A stretch of 64,000 nucleotides of DNA from Eledone cirrhosa. Its lineage: Eukaryota. The stretch covers positions 25,606,001-25,670,000 of the forward strand of contig OZ024744.1 of the NCBI GenBank assembly GCA_964016885.1, given 5' to 3'. Below the pieces are notes generated by a model, which saw only the letters and a list, made by a program, of their open reading frames with translations, made no database searches and had not been told where the DNA came from. How positions within the stretch are numbered: position 1 is the stretch's first letter; each line of letters starts with the position of its first letter. Both the position numbers and the translations under genes were made by a program. Shown piece after piece: positions 11,968 through 24,200 of this stretch.

Positions 11968-12200
11968 GCTTTTGTGGCGGTGGTGAAGGTACATTAAAAT
12001 GGTAGGAACTGTGTACCATTGCACAACACAGTAAGAATAGCTACAGTACTTCGTTCGCTATGCTTTGACATCAAAACAAAATGTAATACATACAGAGTGT
12101 CATGAGTTATAAAGTACTACTAATGTATATAACGCTATCAATAATTACTATTTAACAGTTGAACTAAATCGAAGACATAATCTATTAATATACATATTCC

Positions 12201-15200
12201 GGTGGTTGTTAGTGGTTATAAGTGGTTGTTAGTGGTTGTTAGTTGTTGTTAGTGGTTGTTAGTGGTTGTTAGTGGTTATTAGTGGTTGTTAGTGGTTGAT
12301 AGTAGTTGTTAATGTTTGATAATGGTTGTTAGTGGTTGTTAGTGGTTGTTAGGGGTTGTTAGTTGTTGTTAGTGGATGTTAGTGGTTGTTAATGGTTGTT
12401 AGTGGTTGTTAGTGGATGTTAGAGGTTATTAGTGGTTGTTAGTGGTTGTTAGTAGTTGTTAATGTTTGATAATGGTTGTTAGTGGTTGTTAGTGGTTGTT
12501 AGTTGTTGTTAGTGGATGTTAGAGGTTGTTAGTAGTTGTTAATGTTTGATAATGGTTGTTAGTTGTTGTTAGTGGTTGTTAGTAGTTGTTAGTAGTTGTT
12601 AATGTTTGATAATGGTTGTTAGTGGTTGTTAGTGGTTGTTAGTAGTTGTTAGTGGTTGTTAGTGGTTGTTAGTGGTTGTTAGTAGTTGTTAGTGGTTGTT
12701 AGTGGTTGTTAGTGGATGTTAGTAGTTGTTAATGGTTGTTAGTGGTTGTTAGTAGTTGTTAGTGGTTGTTAGTAGTTGTTAATGTTTGATAATGGTTGTT
12801 AGTGGTTGTTAGTAGTTGTTAGTGGTTGTTAGTAGTTGTTAATGTTTGATAATGGTTGTTAGTGGTTGTTAGTAGTTGTTAGTGGTTGTTAGTGGTTGTT
12901 AGTAGTTGTTAGTGGTTGTTAGTGGTTGTCTGTGGTTGTTAATGGTTGTTAGTGGTTGTTAGTGGATGTTAGTGGATGTTAGTAGTTGTTAATGGTTGTT
13001 AGCGGTTGTTAGCGGTTGTTATTGGTTGTCAGTGGTTGTTAGTGGTTGTTAGTAGTTGTTAATGTTTGATAATGGTTGATAGTAGTTGTTAGTGGTTGTT
13101 AGTGGTTGTTAGTGGTTGATAGTGGTTGTTAGAGGTTGTTAATGGTTGTTAGTAGTTGTTAGTGCTTGTTAGTGGTTGTTAATAGTTGTTAGTGGTTGTT
13201 AGTGGTTGTTAGTGGTTGTTAGTGGTTGTTAGTGATTGTTAGTAATTGATATTGGTCGTTAGTGGTTGTTAATGGTTGTTAGTAGTTGTTAGTGGTTGTT
13301 AGTGGTTGTTAGTGGTTGTTATTGGTTGTTAGTAATTGTTATTGGTCGTTAGTGGTTGTTAATGGTTGTTAGTAGTTGTTAGTGGTTGTTAGTGGTTGTT
13401 AGTAGTTGTTAGTGGTTGTTAGTGGTTGTTAGTGGTTGTTTGTGGTTGTTAATGGTTGTTGGTGGTTGTTAGTAGTTGTTAGTGGTTGTTAGTGGTTGTT
13501 AGTGGTTGTTAGTAGTTGTTAGTGGTTGTTAGTGGTTGTTAGTAGTTGTTAGTGGTTGTTAGTGGTTGTTAGTGGTTGTCAGTGGTTGTTAGTGGTTGTT
13601 AGTAATTGTTATTGGTCGTTAGTGGTTGTTAGTGGTTGTTAGTGGTTGTTAGTAGTTGTTAGTGGTTGTTAGTGGTTGTTAGTAGTTGTTAGTGGTTGTT
13701 AGTGGTTGTTAGTGGTTGTTAGTGGTTGTTAGTGGTTGTTAGTAGTTGTTAGTGGTTGTTAGTTGTTGTTTGTGGTTGTTAGTGGTTCTAAGTGGTTGTT
13801 AGTGTTATTAGTGGTTGTTAGTGGTTGTTAGTGGTTGTTAGTGGTTGGTAATGGTTGTTAGTGGTTGTTAGTGGTTGTTAGTGGTTGGTAATGGTTGTTA
13901 GTGGTTGTTAGTAATGTTAGTAGTTGTTAGTGGATGTTAGTGGTTGTTAGTGGTTGTTAGTAGTTGTTAGTAGTTGTTAGTGGTTGTTAGTGGTTGTTAG
14001 TGGTTGTTAGTGGTTGTTAGTGGTTGTTAGTAGTTGTTAGTGGTTGTTAGTTGTTGTCTGTGGTTGTTAGTGGTTGTTAGTGGTTGTTAGTGTTGTTAGT
14101 GGTTGTTAGTGGTTGTTAGTGGTTGGTAGTGGTTGTTAGTGGTTGTTAGTGGATGTTAGTAGTTGTTAATGGTTGTTAGTGGTTGTTAGTGGTTGTTAGT
14201 AGTTGTTAGTGGTTGTTAGTAGTTGTTAATGTTTGATAATAGTTGTTAGTGGTTGTTAGTGGTTGTTAGTAGTTGTTAGTGGTTGTTAGTGGTTGTTAGC
14301 GGTTGATAATGGTTGTTAGTGGATGTTAGTGGATGTTAGTGGATGTTAGTAGTTGTTAATGGTTGTTAGTGGTTGTTAGTGGTTGTTATTGGTTGTTAGT
14401 GGTTGTTAGTGGTTCTTAGTGGTTGTTAGTGGTTGTTAGTAGTTGTTAGTGGATGTTAGTAGTTGTTAATGTTTGATAATGGTTTTTAGTAATTGTTAGT
14501 GGTTGTTAGTGGTTGTTAGTGGTTGTTAGTGGTTGTTAGAGGTTGTTAATGGGTGTTAGTAGTTGTTAGTGGTTGTTAGTGGTTGTTAGTAGTTGTTAGT
14601 GGATGTTAGTGGTTGTTAGCGGTTGTTAGTAGTTGTTAGTGGGTGTTAGTAGTTGTTAGTGGTTGTTAGTGGGTGTTAGTGGTTGTTAGTGGTTGTTAGT
14701 GGTTGTTAGTGTTGTTAGTGGTTGTTAGTGGTTGTTAGTGGTTGTTAGTGGATGTTAATGGTTGTTAGTGGTTGTTAGTAGTTTAGTAATTGTTGGTGAT
14801 TGTTAGTAATTGTTTGTGGTTGTTAATGGTTGTTAGCGGTTGTTAGTAGTTGTTAGTGGTTGTTAGTTGTTGTTAGTGGCTGTTAGTGTTTGTTAGTGGT
14901 TGTTAGTGTTGTTAGTGGTTGTCTGTGGTTGTTAGTGCTGGTTAGTGGTTGTTAGTGGTTGTTAGTGGTTGTTAGTAGTTGTTAGTAGTTTGTTAGTGGT
15001 TGTTAGTGGTTGTTAGTGGTTGTTATTCGTTGTTATTGGTCGTTAGTGGTTGTTAATGATTATTAGTAGTTGTTAGTGGTTGGTAGTGGTTGTTAGTGGT
15101 TGTTAGTGGTTGTTAGTGGTTGTTAGTAGTTGTTAGTGGTTGTTAGTGGTTGTTAGTAGTTGTTAGAGGTTGTTAGTGGTTGTTAGTGGTTGTTAGTGGT

Positions 15201-18200
15201 TGTTAGTGGTTGTTAGTGGTTGTTAGTAGTTGTTAGTAGTTGTTAGAGGTTGATAGTGGTTGTTAGTAGTTGTTAGCGGTTGTTAGTGATTGTTATTGTT
15301 GTTAGTGGTTGTTAGTGGTTGTTAGTAGTTGTTAGTAGTTGTTAGTGGTTGTTAGTGGTTGTTAGTAGTTGTTAGTGGTTGTTAGTGGTTACTAGTGGTT
15401 GTTATTGGTTGTTATTGGTCGTTAGTGGTTGTTAATGATTATTAGTAGTTGTTAGTGGTTGTTAGTGGTTGTTAGTGGTTATTAGTGGTTGTTAATGATT
15501 GTTAGTGGTTGTTAGTAGTTGTTAGTGGTTGTTAGTAATTGTTATTGGTCGTTAGTGGTTGTTAATGTTTGTTAGTAGTTGTTAGTGGTTGTTACTGGTT
15601 GTTAGTAGTTGTTAGAGCTAGGTAGTGGTTGTTAGTTGTAGTTAGTGTTTGTTAGTGGTTGTTAGTGGTTGTTAGTCGTTGTTAGTGGTTGTTAGTGGTT
15701 GTTAGTGTTTGTTAGTAGTTGTTAGTGGTTGTTAGTGGTTGGTATTGATTGTCATTGGTTGTTAGTGGTTGTTAGTGGTTGTTACTGATTGTTAGTAGTT
15801 GTTAGAGCTTGGTAGTGGTTGTTAGTGGTTGTTAGTGGTTGTTAGTAGTTGTTAGTGGTTGTTAGTGGTTGTTAGTGGTTGTTAGTGGTTGTTAGTGGTT
15901 GTTAGTGGATGTTAGTAGTTGTTAGTGGTTGTTAGTAGTTGCTAGTGGTTGTTAGTGGTTGTTAGTGGTTGTTAGTGATTGTTATTGGTTGTTATTGGTC
16001 GTTAGAGGTTGTTAATGATTATTAGTAGTTGTTAGTGGTTGTTATAGTTGTTAGTAGTTGCTAGTAGTTGTTAGTGGTTGTTAGTGGTTGTTAGTGGTTG
16101 TTAGTGGTTGTTAGTGGGAGATAGTGGTTGTTAGTGGCTGTTAGTGTTTGTTAGTGGTTGTTAGTGTTGTTAGTGGTTGTCTGTGGTTGTTAGTGCTTGT
16201 TAGTGGTTGTTAGTGGTTGTTAGTGGTTGTTAGTAGTTGTTAGTAGTTTGTTAGTGGTTGTAAGTGGTTGTTAGTGGTTGTTATTCGTTGTTATTGGTCG
16301 TTAGTGGTTGTTAATGATTATTAGTAGTTGTTAGTGGTTGGTAGTGGTTGTTAGTGGTTGTTAGTGGTTGTTAGTGGTTGTTAGTAGTTGTTAGTGGTTG
16401 TTAGTGGTTGTTAGTAGTTGTTAGAGGTTGTTAGTGGTTGTTAGTGGTTGTTAGTGGTTGTTAGTGGTTGTTAGTAGTTGTTAGTAGTTGTTAGAGGTTG
16501 ATAGTGGTTGTTAGTAGTTGTTAGCGGTTGTTAGTGAGTGTTAGTGTTGTTAGTGGTTGTTAGTGGTTGTTAGTAGTTGTTAGTAGTTGTTAGTGGTTGT
16601 TAGTGGTTGTTAGTAGTTGTTAGTGGTTGTTAGTGGTTACTAGTGGTTGTTATTGGTTATTATTGGTCGTTAGTGGTTGTTAATGATTATTAGTAGTTGT
16701 TAGTGGTTGTTAGTGGTTGTTAGTGGTTATTAGTGGTTGTTAATGATTGTTAGTGGTTGTTAGTAGTTGTTAGTGGTTGTTAGTAATTGTTATTGGTCGT
16801 TAGTGGTTGTTAATGTTTGTTAGTAGTTGTTAGTGGTTGTTACTGGTTGTTAGTAGTTGTTAGAGCTAGGTAGTGGTTGTTAGTTGTAGTTAGTGTTTGT
16901 TAGTGGTTGTTAGTGGTTGTTAGTGGTTGTTAGTGGTTGTTAGTGGTTGTTAGTGTTTGTTAGTAGTTGTTAGTGGTTGTTAGTGGTTGTTAGAGGTTGT
17001 TAGTGGTTGTTAGTGGTTGTTAGTGGATGTTAGTAGTTGTTAGTGGTTGTTAGTAGTTGCTAGTGGTTGTTAGTGGTTTTTAGTGGTTGTTAGTGATTGT
17101 TATTGGTTGTTATTGGTTGTTAGTGGTTGTTACTGATTGTTAGTAGTTGTTAGAGCTTGGTAGTGGTTGTTAGTGGTTGTTAGTGGTTGTTAGTAGTTGT
17201 TAGTGGTTGTTAGTGGTTGTTAGAGGTTGTTAGTGGTTGTTAGTGGTTGTTAGTGGATGTTAGTAGTTGTTAGTGGTTGTTAGTAGTTGCTAGTGGTTGT
17301 TAGTGGTTGTTAGTGGTTGTTAGTGATTGTTATTGGTTGTTATTGGTCGTTAGAGGTTGTTAATGATTATTAGTAGTTGTTAGTGGTTGTTATAGTTGTT
17401 AGTAGTTGCTAGTAGTTGTTAGTGGTTGTTAGTGGTTGTTAGAGGTTGTTAGTGGTTGTTAGTGGTTGTTAGTGGTTGTTAGTGGTTGTTAGCGGTTGTT
17501 AGTGGTTGTTAGTGTTGTTAGTGGTTGTTAGTGGTTGTTACTGGTTGTTAGTAGTTGTTAGAGCTTGGTAGTGGTTGTTAGTGGTTGTTAGTGGTTGTTA
17601 GTGGTTGTTAGTAGTTGTTAGTGGTTTGTTAGTTGTTGTTAGTGGTTGTTAGTGGTTGTAAGTGGTTGTTAGCGGTTGTTAGTGATTGTTATTGGTTGTT
17701 AGTGGTTGTTAGTGGTTGTTATTGGTTGTTATTGGTCGTTAGTGGTTGTTAATGTTTATTAGTAGTTGTTAGTGGTTGTTAGTGGTTGTTAGTGGTTGTT
17801 AGTGGTTGTTAGTGGTTGTTAGTGGTTGTTAGTAGTTGTTAGTGGTTGTTAGTGGTTGTTAGTAGTTGTTAGAGGTTGTTAGTGGTTGTTAGTAGTTGTT
17901 AGTAGTTGTTAGTGGTTGTTAGTGGTTGTTAGTAGTTGTTAGTGGTTGTTAGTGGTTACTAGTGGTTGTTATTGGTTGTTATTGGTCGTTAGTGGTTGTT
18001 AATGATTATTAGTAGTTGTTAGTGGTTGTTAGTGGTTGTTGGTGGTTGTTAGTAGTTGTTAGTGGTTGTTAGTGGTTGGTATTGATTGTCATTGGTTGTT
18101 AGTGGTTGTTAGTAATTGTTATTGGTCGTTAGTGGTTGTTAATGTTTGTTAGTAGTTGTTAGTGGTTGTTACTGGTTGTTAGTAGTTGTTAGAGCTAGGT

Positions 18201-21200
18201 AGTGGTTGTTAGTGGTTGTTAGTGGATGTTAGTAGTTGTTAGTGGTTGTTAGTAGTTGCTAGTGGTTGTTAGTGGTTGTTAGTGGTTGTTAGTGTTTGTT
18301 AGTAGTTGTTAGTGGTTGTTAGTGGTTGGTATTGATTGTCATTGGTTGTTAGTGGTTGTTAGTGGTTGTTACTGATTGTTAGTAGTTGTTAGAGCTTGGT
18401 AGTGGTTGTTAGTGGTTGTTAGTGGTTGTTAGTGGTTGTTAGTGGTTGTTAGTGGTTGTTAGTGGATGTTAGTGGTTGTTAGTGGTTGTTAGTGGTTATT
18501 AGTGGTTGTTAATGATTGTTAGTGGTTGTTAGTAGTTGTTAGTGGTTGTTAGTAATTGTTATTGGTCGTTAGTGGTTGTTAATGTTTGTTAGTAGTTGTT
18601 AGTGGTTGTTACTGGTTGTTAGTAGTTGTTAGAGCTAGGTAGTGGTTGTTAGTTGTAGTTAGTGTTTGTTAGTGGTTGTTAGTGGTTGTTAGTGGTTGTT
18701 AGTGGTTGTTAGTGGTTGTTAGTGGTTGTTAGTGGTTGTTAGCGGTTGTTAGTGGTTGTTAGTGTTGTTAGTGGTTGTTAGTGGTTGTTACTGGTTGTTA
18801 GTAGTTGTTAGAGCTTGGTAGTGGTTGTTAGTGGTTGTTAGTGGTTGTTACTAGTTGTTAGTGGTTGTTAGTGGTTGTTAGTGGTTGTTAGTGGTTGTTA
18901 GTGGTTGTTTGTGGAAGTTAGTAGTTGTTAATGGTTGTTAGTGGTTGTTAGTAGTTGTTAGTGGATGTTAGTAGTTGTTAATGTTTGATAATGGTTTTTA
19001 GTAATTGTTAGTGGTTGTTAGTGGTTGTTAGTGGTTGTTAGCGGTTGTTAGAGGTTGTTAATGGTTGTTAGTAGTTGTTAGTGGTTGTTAGTGGTTGTTA
19101 GTAGTTGTTAGTGGATGTTAGTGGTTGTTAGTGGTTGTTAGTGGTTGTTAGTAGTTGTTAGTGGTTGTTAGTAGTTGTTAGTGGTTGTTAGTGGGTGTTA
19201 GTGGTTGTTAGTGGTTGTTAGTGGTTGTTAGTGTTGTTAGTGGTTGTTAGTGGTTGTTAGTGGTTGTTAGTGGATGTTAGTGGTTGTTAGTAGCTGTTAG
19301 TAGTTTAGTAATTGTTGGTGGTTGTTAGTGATTGTTTGTGGTTGTTAATGGTTGTTAGCGGTTGTTAGTAGTTGTTAGTAGTTGTTAGTGGTTGTTAGTG
19401 GCTGTTAGTGTTTGTTTGTGGTTGTTAGTGTTGTTAGTGGTTGTTTGTGGTTGTTAGTGCTTGTTAGTGGTTGTTAGTGGTTGTTAGTGGTTGTTAGTAG
19501 TTGTTAGTGGTTTGTTAGTGGTTGTTAGTGGTTGTTAGTGGTTGTAAGTGGTTGTTAGCGGTTGTTAGTGATTGTTATTGGTTGTTAGTGGTTGTTAGTG
19601 GTTGTTAGTGGTTGTTAGTGGTTGTTATTGGTTGTTATTGGTCGTTAGTGGTTGTTAATGTTTATTAGTAGTTGTTAGTGGTTGTTAGTGGTTGTTAGTG
19701 ATTGTTAGTGTTGTTAGTGGTTCTTAGTGGTTGTTACTAGTTGTTAGTAGTTGTTAGAGTTTGTTAGTGGTTGTTAATGGTTGTTAGTGGTTTTTAGTGG
19801 TTGTTAGTGGTTGTTAGTGGTTTTTAGTGGTTGTTATTGGTCGTTAGTTGTTGTTAGTGGTTGTTAGTGGTTGTTAGTAGTTGTTAGTAGTTGTTAGTGG
19901 TTGTTAGTGGTTGTTACTAGTTGTTAGTAGTTGTTAGAGTTTGTTAGTGGTTGTTAGTAGTTGTTACTAGTTGCTAGAGGTTGTTAGTGGTTGTTAGTGG
20001 TTGTTAGTGGTTGTCAGTGGTTGTTAGTGTTGTTAGTGGTTGTTAGTGGTTGTTAGTAGTTGTTAGTAGTTGTTAGTGGTTGTTAGTGGTTGTTAGTGAT
20101 TGTTAGTGTTGTTAGTGGTTCTTAGTGGTTGTTACTAGTTGTTAGTAGTTGTTAGAGTTTGTTAGTGGTTGTTAATGGTTGTTAGTGGTTGTTAGTGGTT
20201 GTTAGTGGTTGTTAGTGGTTTTTAGTGGTTGTTATTGGTCGTTAGTTGTTGTTAATGAATATTAGTAGTTGTTAGTGGTTGTTAGTGGTTCTTAGTGGTT
20301 CTTAGTGGTTGTTAGTGGTTGTTAGTGGTTGTTAGTAGTTGTTAGTGGTTGTTAGTGGTTGGTAGTGGTTGTTAGTGGTTGTTAGTGGTTGTTAGTGGTT
20401 GTTAGTGGTTGTTAGTGGTTGTTAGTGGATGTTAGTAGTTGTTAGTGGTTGTTAGTAGTTGCTAGTGGTTGTTACTGGTTGTTAGTGGTTGTTAGTGGAT
20501 GTTAGTGGTTGTTAGTGTTGTTAGTGGTTGTTAGTGGTTGTTACTGGTTGTTAGTAGTTGTTAGAGCTTTGTAGTGGTTGTTAGTGGTTGTTAGTGGTTG
20601 TTAGTAGTTGTTAGTGGTTGTTAGTGGTTGTTAGTGGTTGTTAGTGGTTGTTTGTGGAAGTTAGTAGTTGTTAATGGTTGTTAGTGGTTGTTAGTGGTTC
20701 TTATTATTTGTTAGTGGTTGTTAGTAGTTGTTAATGGTTGTTAGTGGTTGTTAGTGGTTGTTAGAGCTTGATAATGCTTGTTAGTAATGTTAGTGGTTGT
20801 TAGTGGTTGTTAGTGGTTTTTACTGGTTGTTAATAGTTGTTAGTGGTTGTTAGTAGTTGTTTGTGGTTGTTAGTGGTTGTTAGTGGTTGTTAGTGGTTGT
20901 TAGTGGGAGATAGTGAATGTTACTTGTTGTTAGTTGTTGTTAGTAGTTGTTAGTGGTTGTTAGTGGTTGTTAGTGGTTGTTAGTGGTTGTTAATGGTTGT
21001 TAGTGGTTGTTAGTAGTTGTTAATGATTGTTAGTGTTGTTAGTGGTTGTTAGTGATTGTTAGTAGTTGTTAGTAGTTGTTAGTGGTTGTTAGTGGTTGTT
21101 AGTGGTTGTTAGTGGTTGTTAGTGGTTGTTATTTGTTGTTAGTGGTTGTTAGCGATCGTTAGTGATTGTTAGCGTTGTTAGTGGTTGTTAATGGTTGCTA

Positions 21201-24200
21201 GTAGTTGTTAGAGATTGTTAGTGGTTGTTAGTTGTTGTTAGTGGTTGTTAGTAGTTGTTACTAGTTGCTAGAGGTTGTTAGTGGTTGTTAGTGGTTGTTA
21301 GTGGTTTTTAGTGGTTGTTATTGGTCGTTAGTTGTTGTTAATGAATATTAGTAGTTGTTAGTGGTTGTTAGTGGTTCTTAGTGGTTCTTAGTGGTTGTTA
21401 GTGGTTGTTAGTGGTTGTTAGTAGTTGTTAGTGGTTGTTAGTGGTTGTTAGTGGTTGTTAGTGGTTGTTAGTGGTTGTTAGTAGTTGCTAGTGGTTGTTA
21501 GTGGTTGTTAGTGGTTGTTAGTGGTTGTTAGTAGTTGTTAGTGGTTGTTAGTGGTTGGTATTGATTGTCATTGGTTTTTAGTGGTTGTTAGTGGTTGTTA
21601 CTGATTGTTAGTAGTTGTTAGAGCTTGGTAGTGGTTGTTAGTCGTTGTTAGTGGTTGTTAGCGGTTGTTAGTGGTTGTTAGTGTTGTTAGTGGTTGTTAG
21701 TGGTTGTTAACTGGTTCTTAGTAGTTGTTAGAGCTTAGTAGTGGTTGTTAGTGGTTGTTAGTAGTTGTTAGTGGTTGTTAGTGGTTGTTAGTGGTTGTTA
21801 GTGGTTGTTAGTGGTTGTTTGTGGAAGTTAGTAGTTGTTAATGGTTGTTAGTGGTTGTTAGTGGTTCTTAGTATTTGTTAGTGGTTGTTAGTAGTTGTTA
21901 ATGTTTGATAATGATTGTTAGTGGTTGTTAGTGGTTGTTAGTAGTTGTTAGTGGTTGTTAGTAGTTGCTAGTGGTTGTTAGTGGTTGTTAGTGGTTGTTA
22001 GTGTTTGTTAGTAGTTGTTAGTGGTTGTTAGTGCTTGGGATTGATTGTCATTGGTTGTTAGTGGTTGTTAGTGGTTGTTACTGATTGTTAGTAGTTGTTA
22101 GAGCTTGGTAGTGGTTGTTAGTGGTTGTTAGTGGTTGTTAGTAGTTGTTAGTGGTTGTTAGTGGTTGTTAGTGGTTGTTAGTGGTTGTTAGTGGTTGTTA
22201 GTGGATGTTAGTGGTTGTTAGTGTTGTTAGTGGTTGTTAGTGGTTGTTACTGGTTGTTAGTAGTTGTTAGAGCTTTGTAGTGGTTGTTACTGGTTGTTAG
22301 TGGTTGTTAGTAGTTGTTAGTGGTTGTTAGTGGTTGTTAGTGGTTGTTAGTGGTTGTTAGTGGTTGTTTGTGGAAGTTAGTAGTTGTTAATGGTTGTTAG
22401 TGGTTGTTAGTGGTTCTTAGTATTTGTTAGTGGTTGTTAGTAGTTGTTAATGTTTGATAATGATTGTTCGTGGTTGTTAGTGGTTGTTAGTAGTTGTTAG
22501 TGGTTGTTAGTGGTTGTTAGTAGTTGTTAATGGTTGTTAGTGGTTGTTAGTGGTTGTTAGAGGTTGATAATGCTTGTTAGTAATGTTAGTGGTTGTTAGT
22601 GGTTGTTAGTGGTTGTTACTGGTTGTTAGTAGTTGTTAGTGGTTGTTAATAGTTGTTTGTGGTTGTTATTGGTTGTTAGTGGTTGTTAGTGGTTGTTAGT
22701 GGGAGATAGTGAATGTTACTTGTTGTTAGTTGTTGTTAGTAGTTGTTAGTGGTTGTTAGTGGTTGTTAGTGGTTGTTAGTGGTTGTTAGTGGATGTTAGT
22801 AGTTGTTAGTGGTTGTTAGTAGTTGCTAGTGGTTGTTACTGGTTGTTAGTGGTTGTTAGTGGATGTTAGTGGTTGTTAGTGTTGTTAGTGGTTGTTAGTG
22901 GTTGTTACTGGTTGTTAGTAGTTGTTAGAGCTTTGTAGTGGTTGTTAGTGGTTGTTAGTGGTTGTTAGTAGTTGTTACTGGTTGTTAGTGGTTGTTAGTG
23001 ATTGTTAGTGGTTGTTTGTGGAAGTTAGTAGTTGTTAATGGTTGTTAGTGGTTGTTAGTGGTTCTTAGTATTTGTTAGTAGTTGTTAGTAGTTGTTAATG
23101 TTTGATAATGATTGTTAGTGGTTGTTAGTGGTTGTTAGTAGTTGTTAGTGGTTGTTAGTGGTTGTTAGTAGTTGTTAATGGTTGTTAGTGGTTGTTAGTG
23201 GTTGTTAGAGGTTGATAATGCTTGTTAGTAATGTTAGTGGTTGTTAGTGGTTGTTAGTGGGAGATAGTGAATGTTACTTGTTGTTAGTTGTTGTTAGTAG
23301 TTGTTAGTGGTTGTTAGTGGTTGTTAGTGGTTGTTAGTGGTTGTTAATGGTTGTTAGTGGTTGTTAGTAGTTGTTAATGATTGTTAGTGTTGTTAGTGGT
23401 TGTTAGTGATTGTTAGTAGTTGTTAGTAGTTGTTAGTGGTTGTTAGTGGTTGTTAGTGGTTGTTAGTGGTTGTTAGTGGTTGTTAGTGGTTGTTATTTGT
23501 TGTTAGTGGTTGTTAGCGATTGTTAGTGATTGTTAGCGTTGTTAGTGGTTGTTAATGGTTGCTAGTAGTTGTTAGAGATTGTTAGTGGTTGTTAGTTGTT
23601 GTTAGTGGTTGTTAGTAGTTGTTACTAGTTGCTAGAGGTTGATAGTGGTTGTTAGTGGTTGTTAGTGGTTTTTAGTGGTTGTTATTGGTCGTTAGTTGTT
23701 GTTAATGAATATTAGTAGTTGTTAGTGGTTGTTAGTGGTTGTTAGTGGTTCTTAGTGGTTGTTAGTGGTTGTTAGTGGTTGTTAGTAGTTGTTAGTGGTT
23801 GTTAGTGGTTGGTAGTGGTTGTTAGTGGTTGTTAGTGGTTGTTAGTGGTTGTTAGTGGTTGTTAGTGGTTGTTAGTGGATGTTAGTAGTTGTTAGTGGTT
23901 GTTAGTAGTTGCTAGTGGTTGTTACTGGTTGTTAGTGGTTGTTAGTGGATGTTAGTGATTGTTAGTGTTGTTAGTGGTTGTTAGTGGTTGTTACTGGTTG
24001 TTAGTAGTTGTTAGAGCTTTGTAGTGGTTGTTAGTGGTTGTTAGTGGTTGTTAGTAGTTGTTAGTGGTTGTTAGTGGTTGTTAGTGGTTGTTAGTGGTTG
24101 TTTGTGGAAGTTAGTAGTTGTTAATGGTTGTTAGTGGTTGTTAGTGGTTCTTATTATTTGTTAGTGGTTGTTAGTAGTTGTTAATGTTTGATAATGATTG

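Noticed and set aside
12349-12355. Scattered TTAGGG(G) hexamers in the satellite as true telomere repeats
   Set aside because: Isolated single-base variants of TTAGTG, never tandem; G-runs are mostly GG, so stable G-quadruplexes are not supported.
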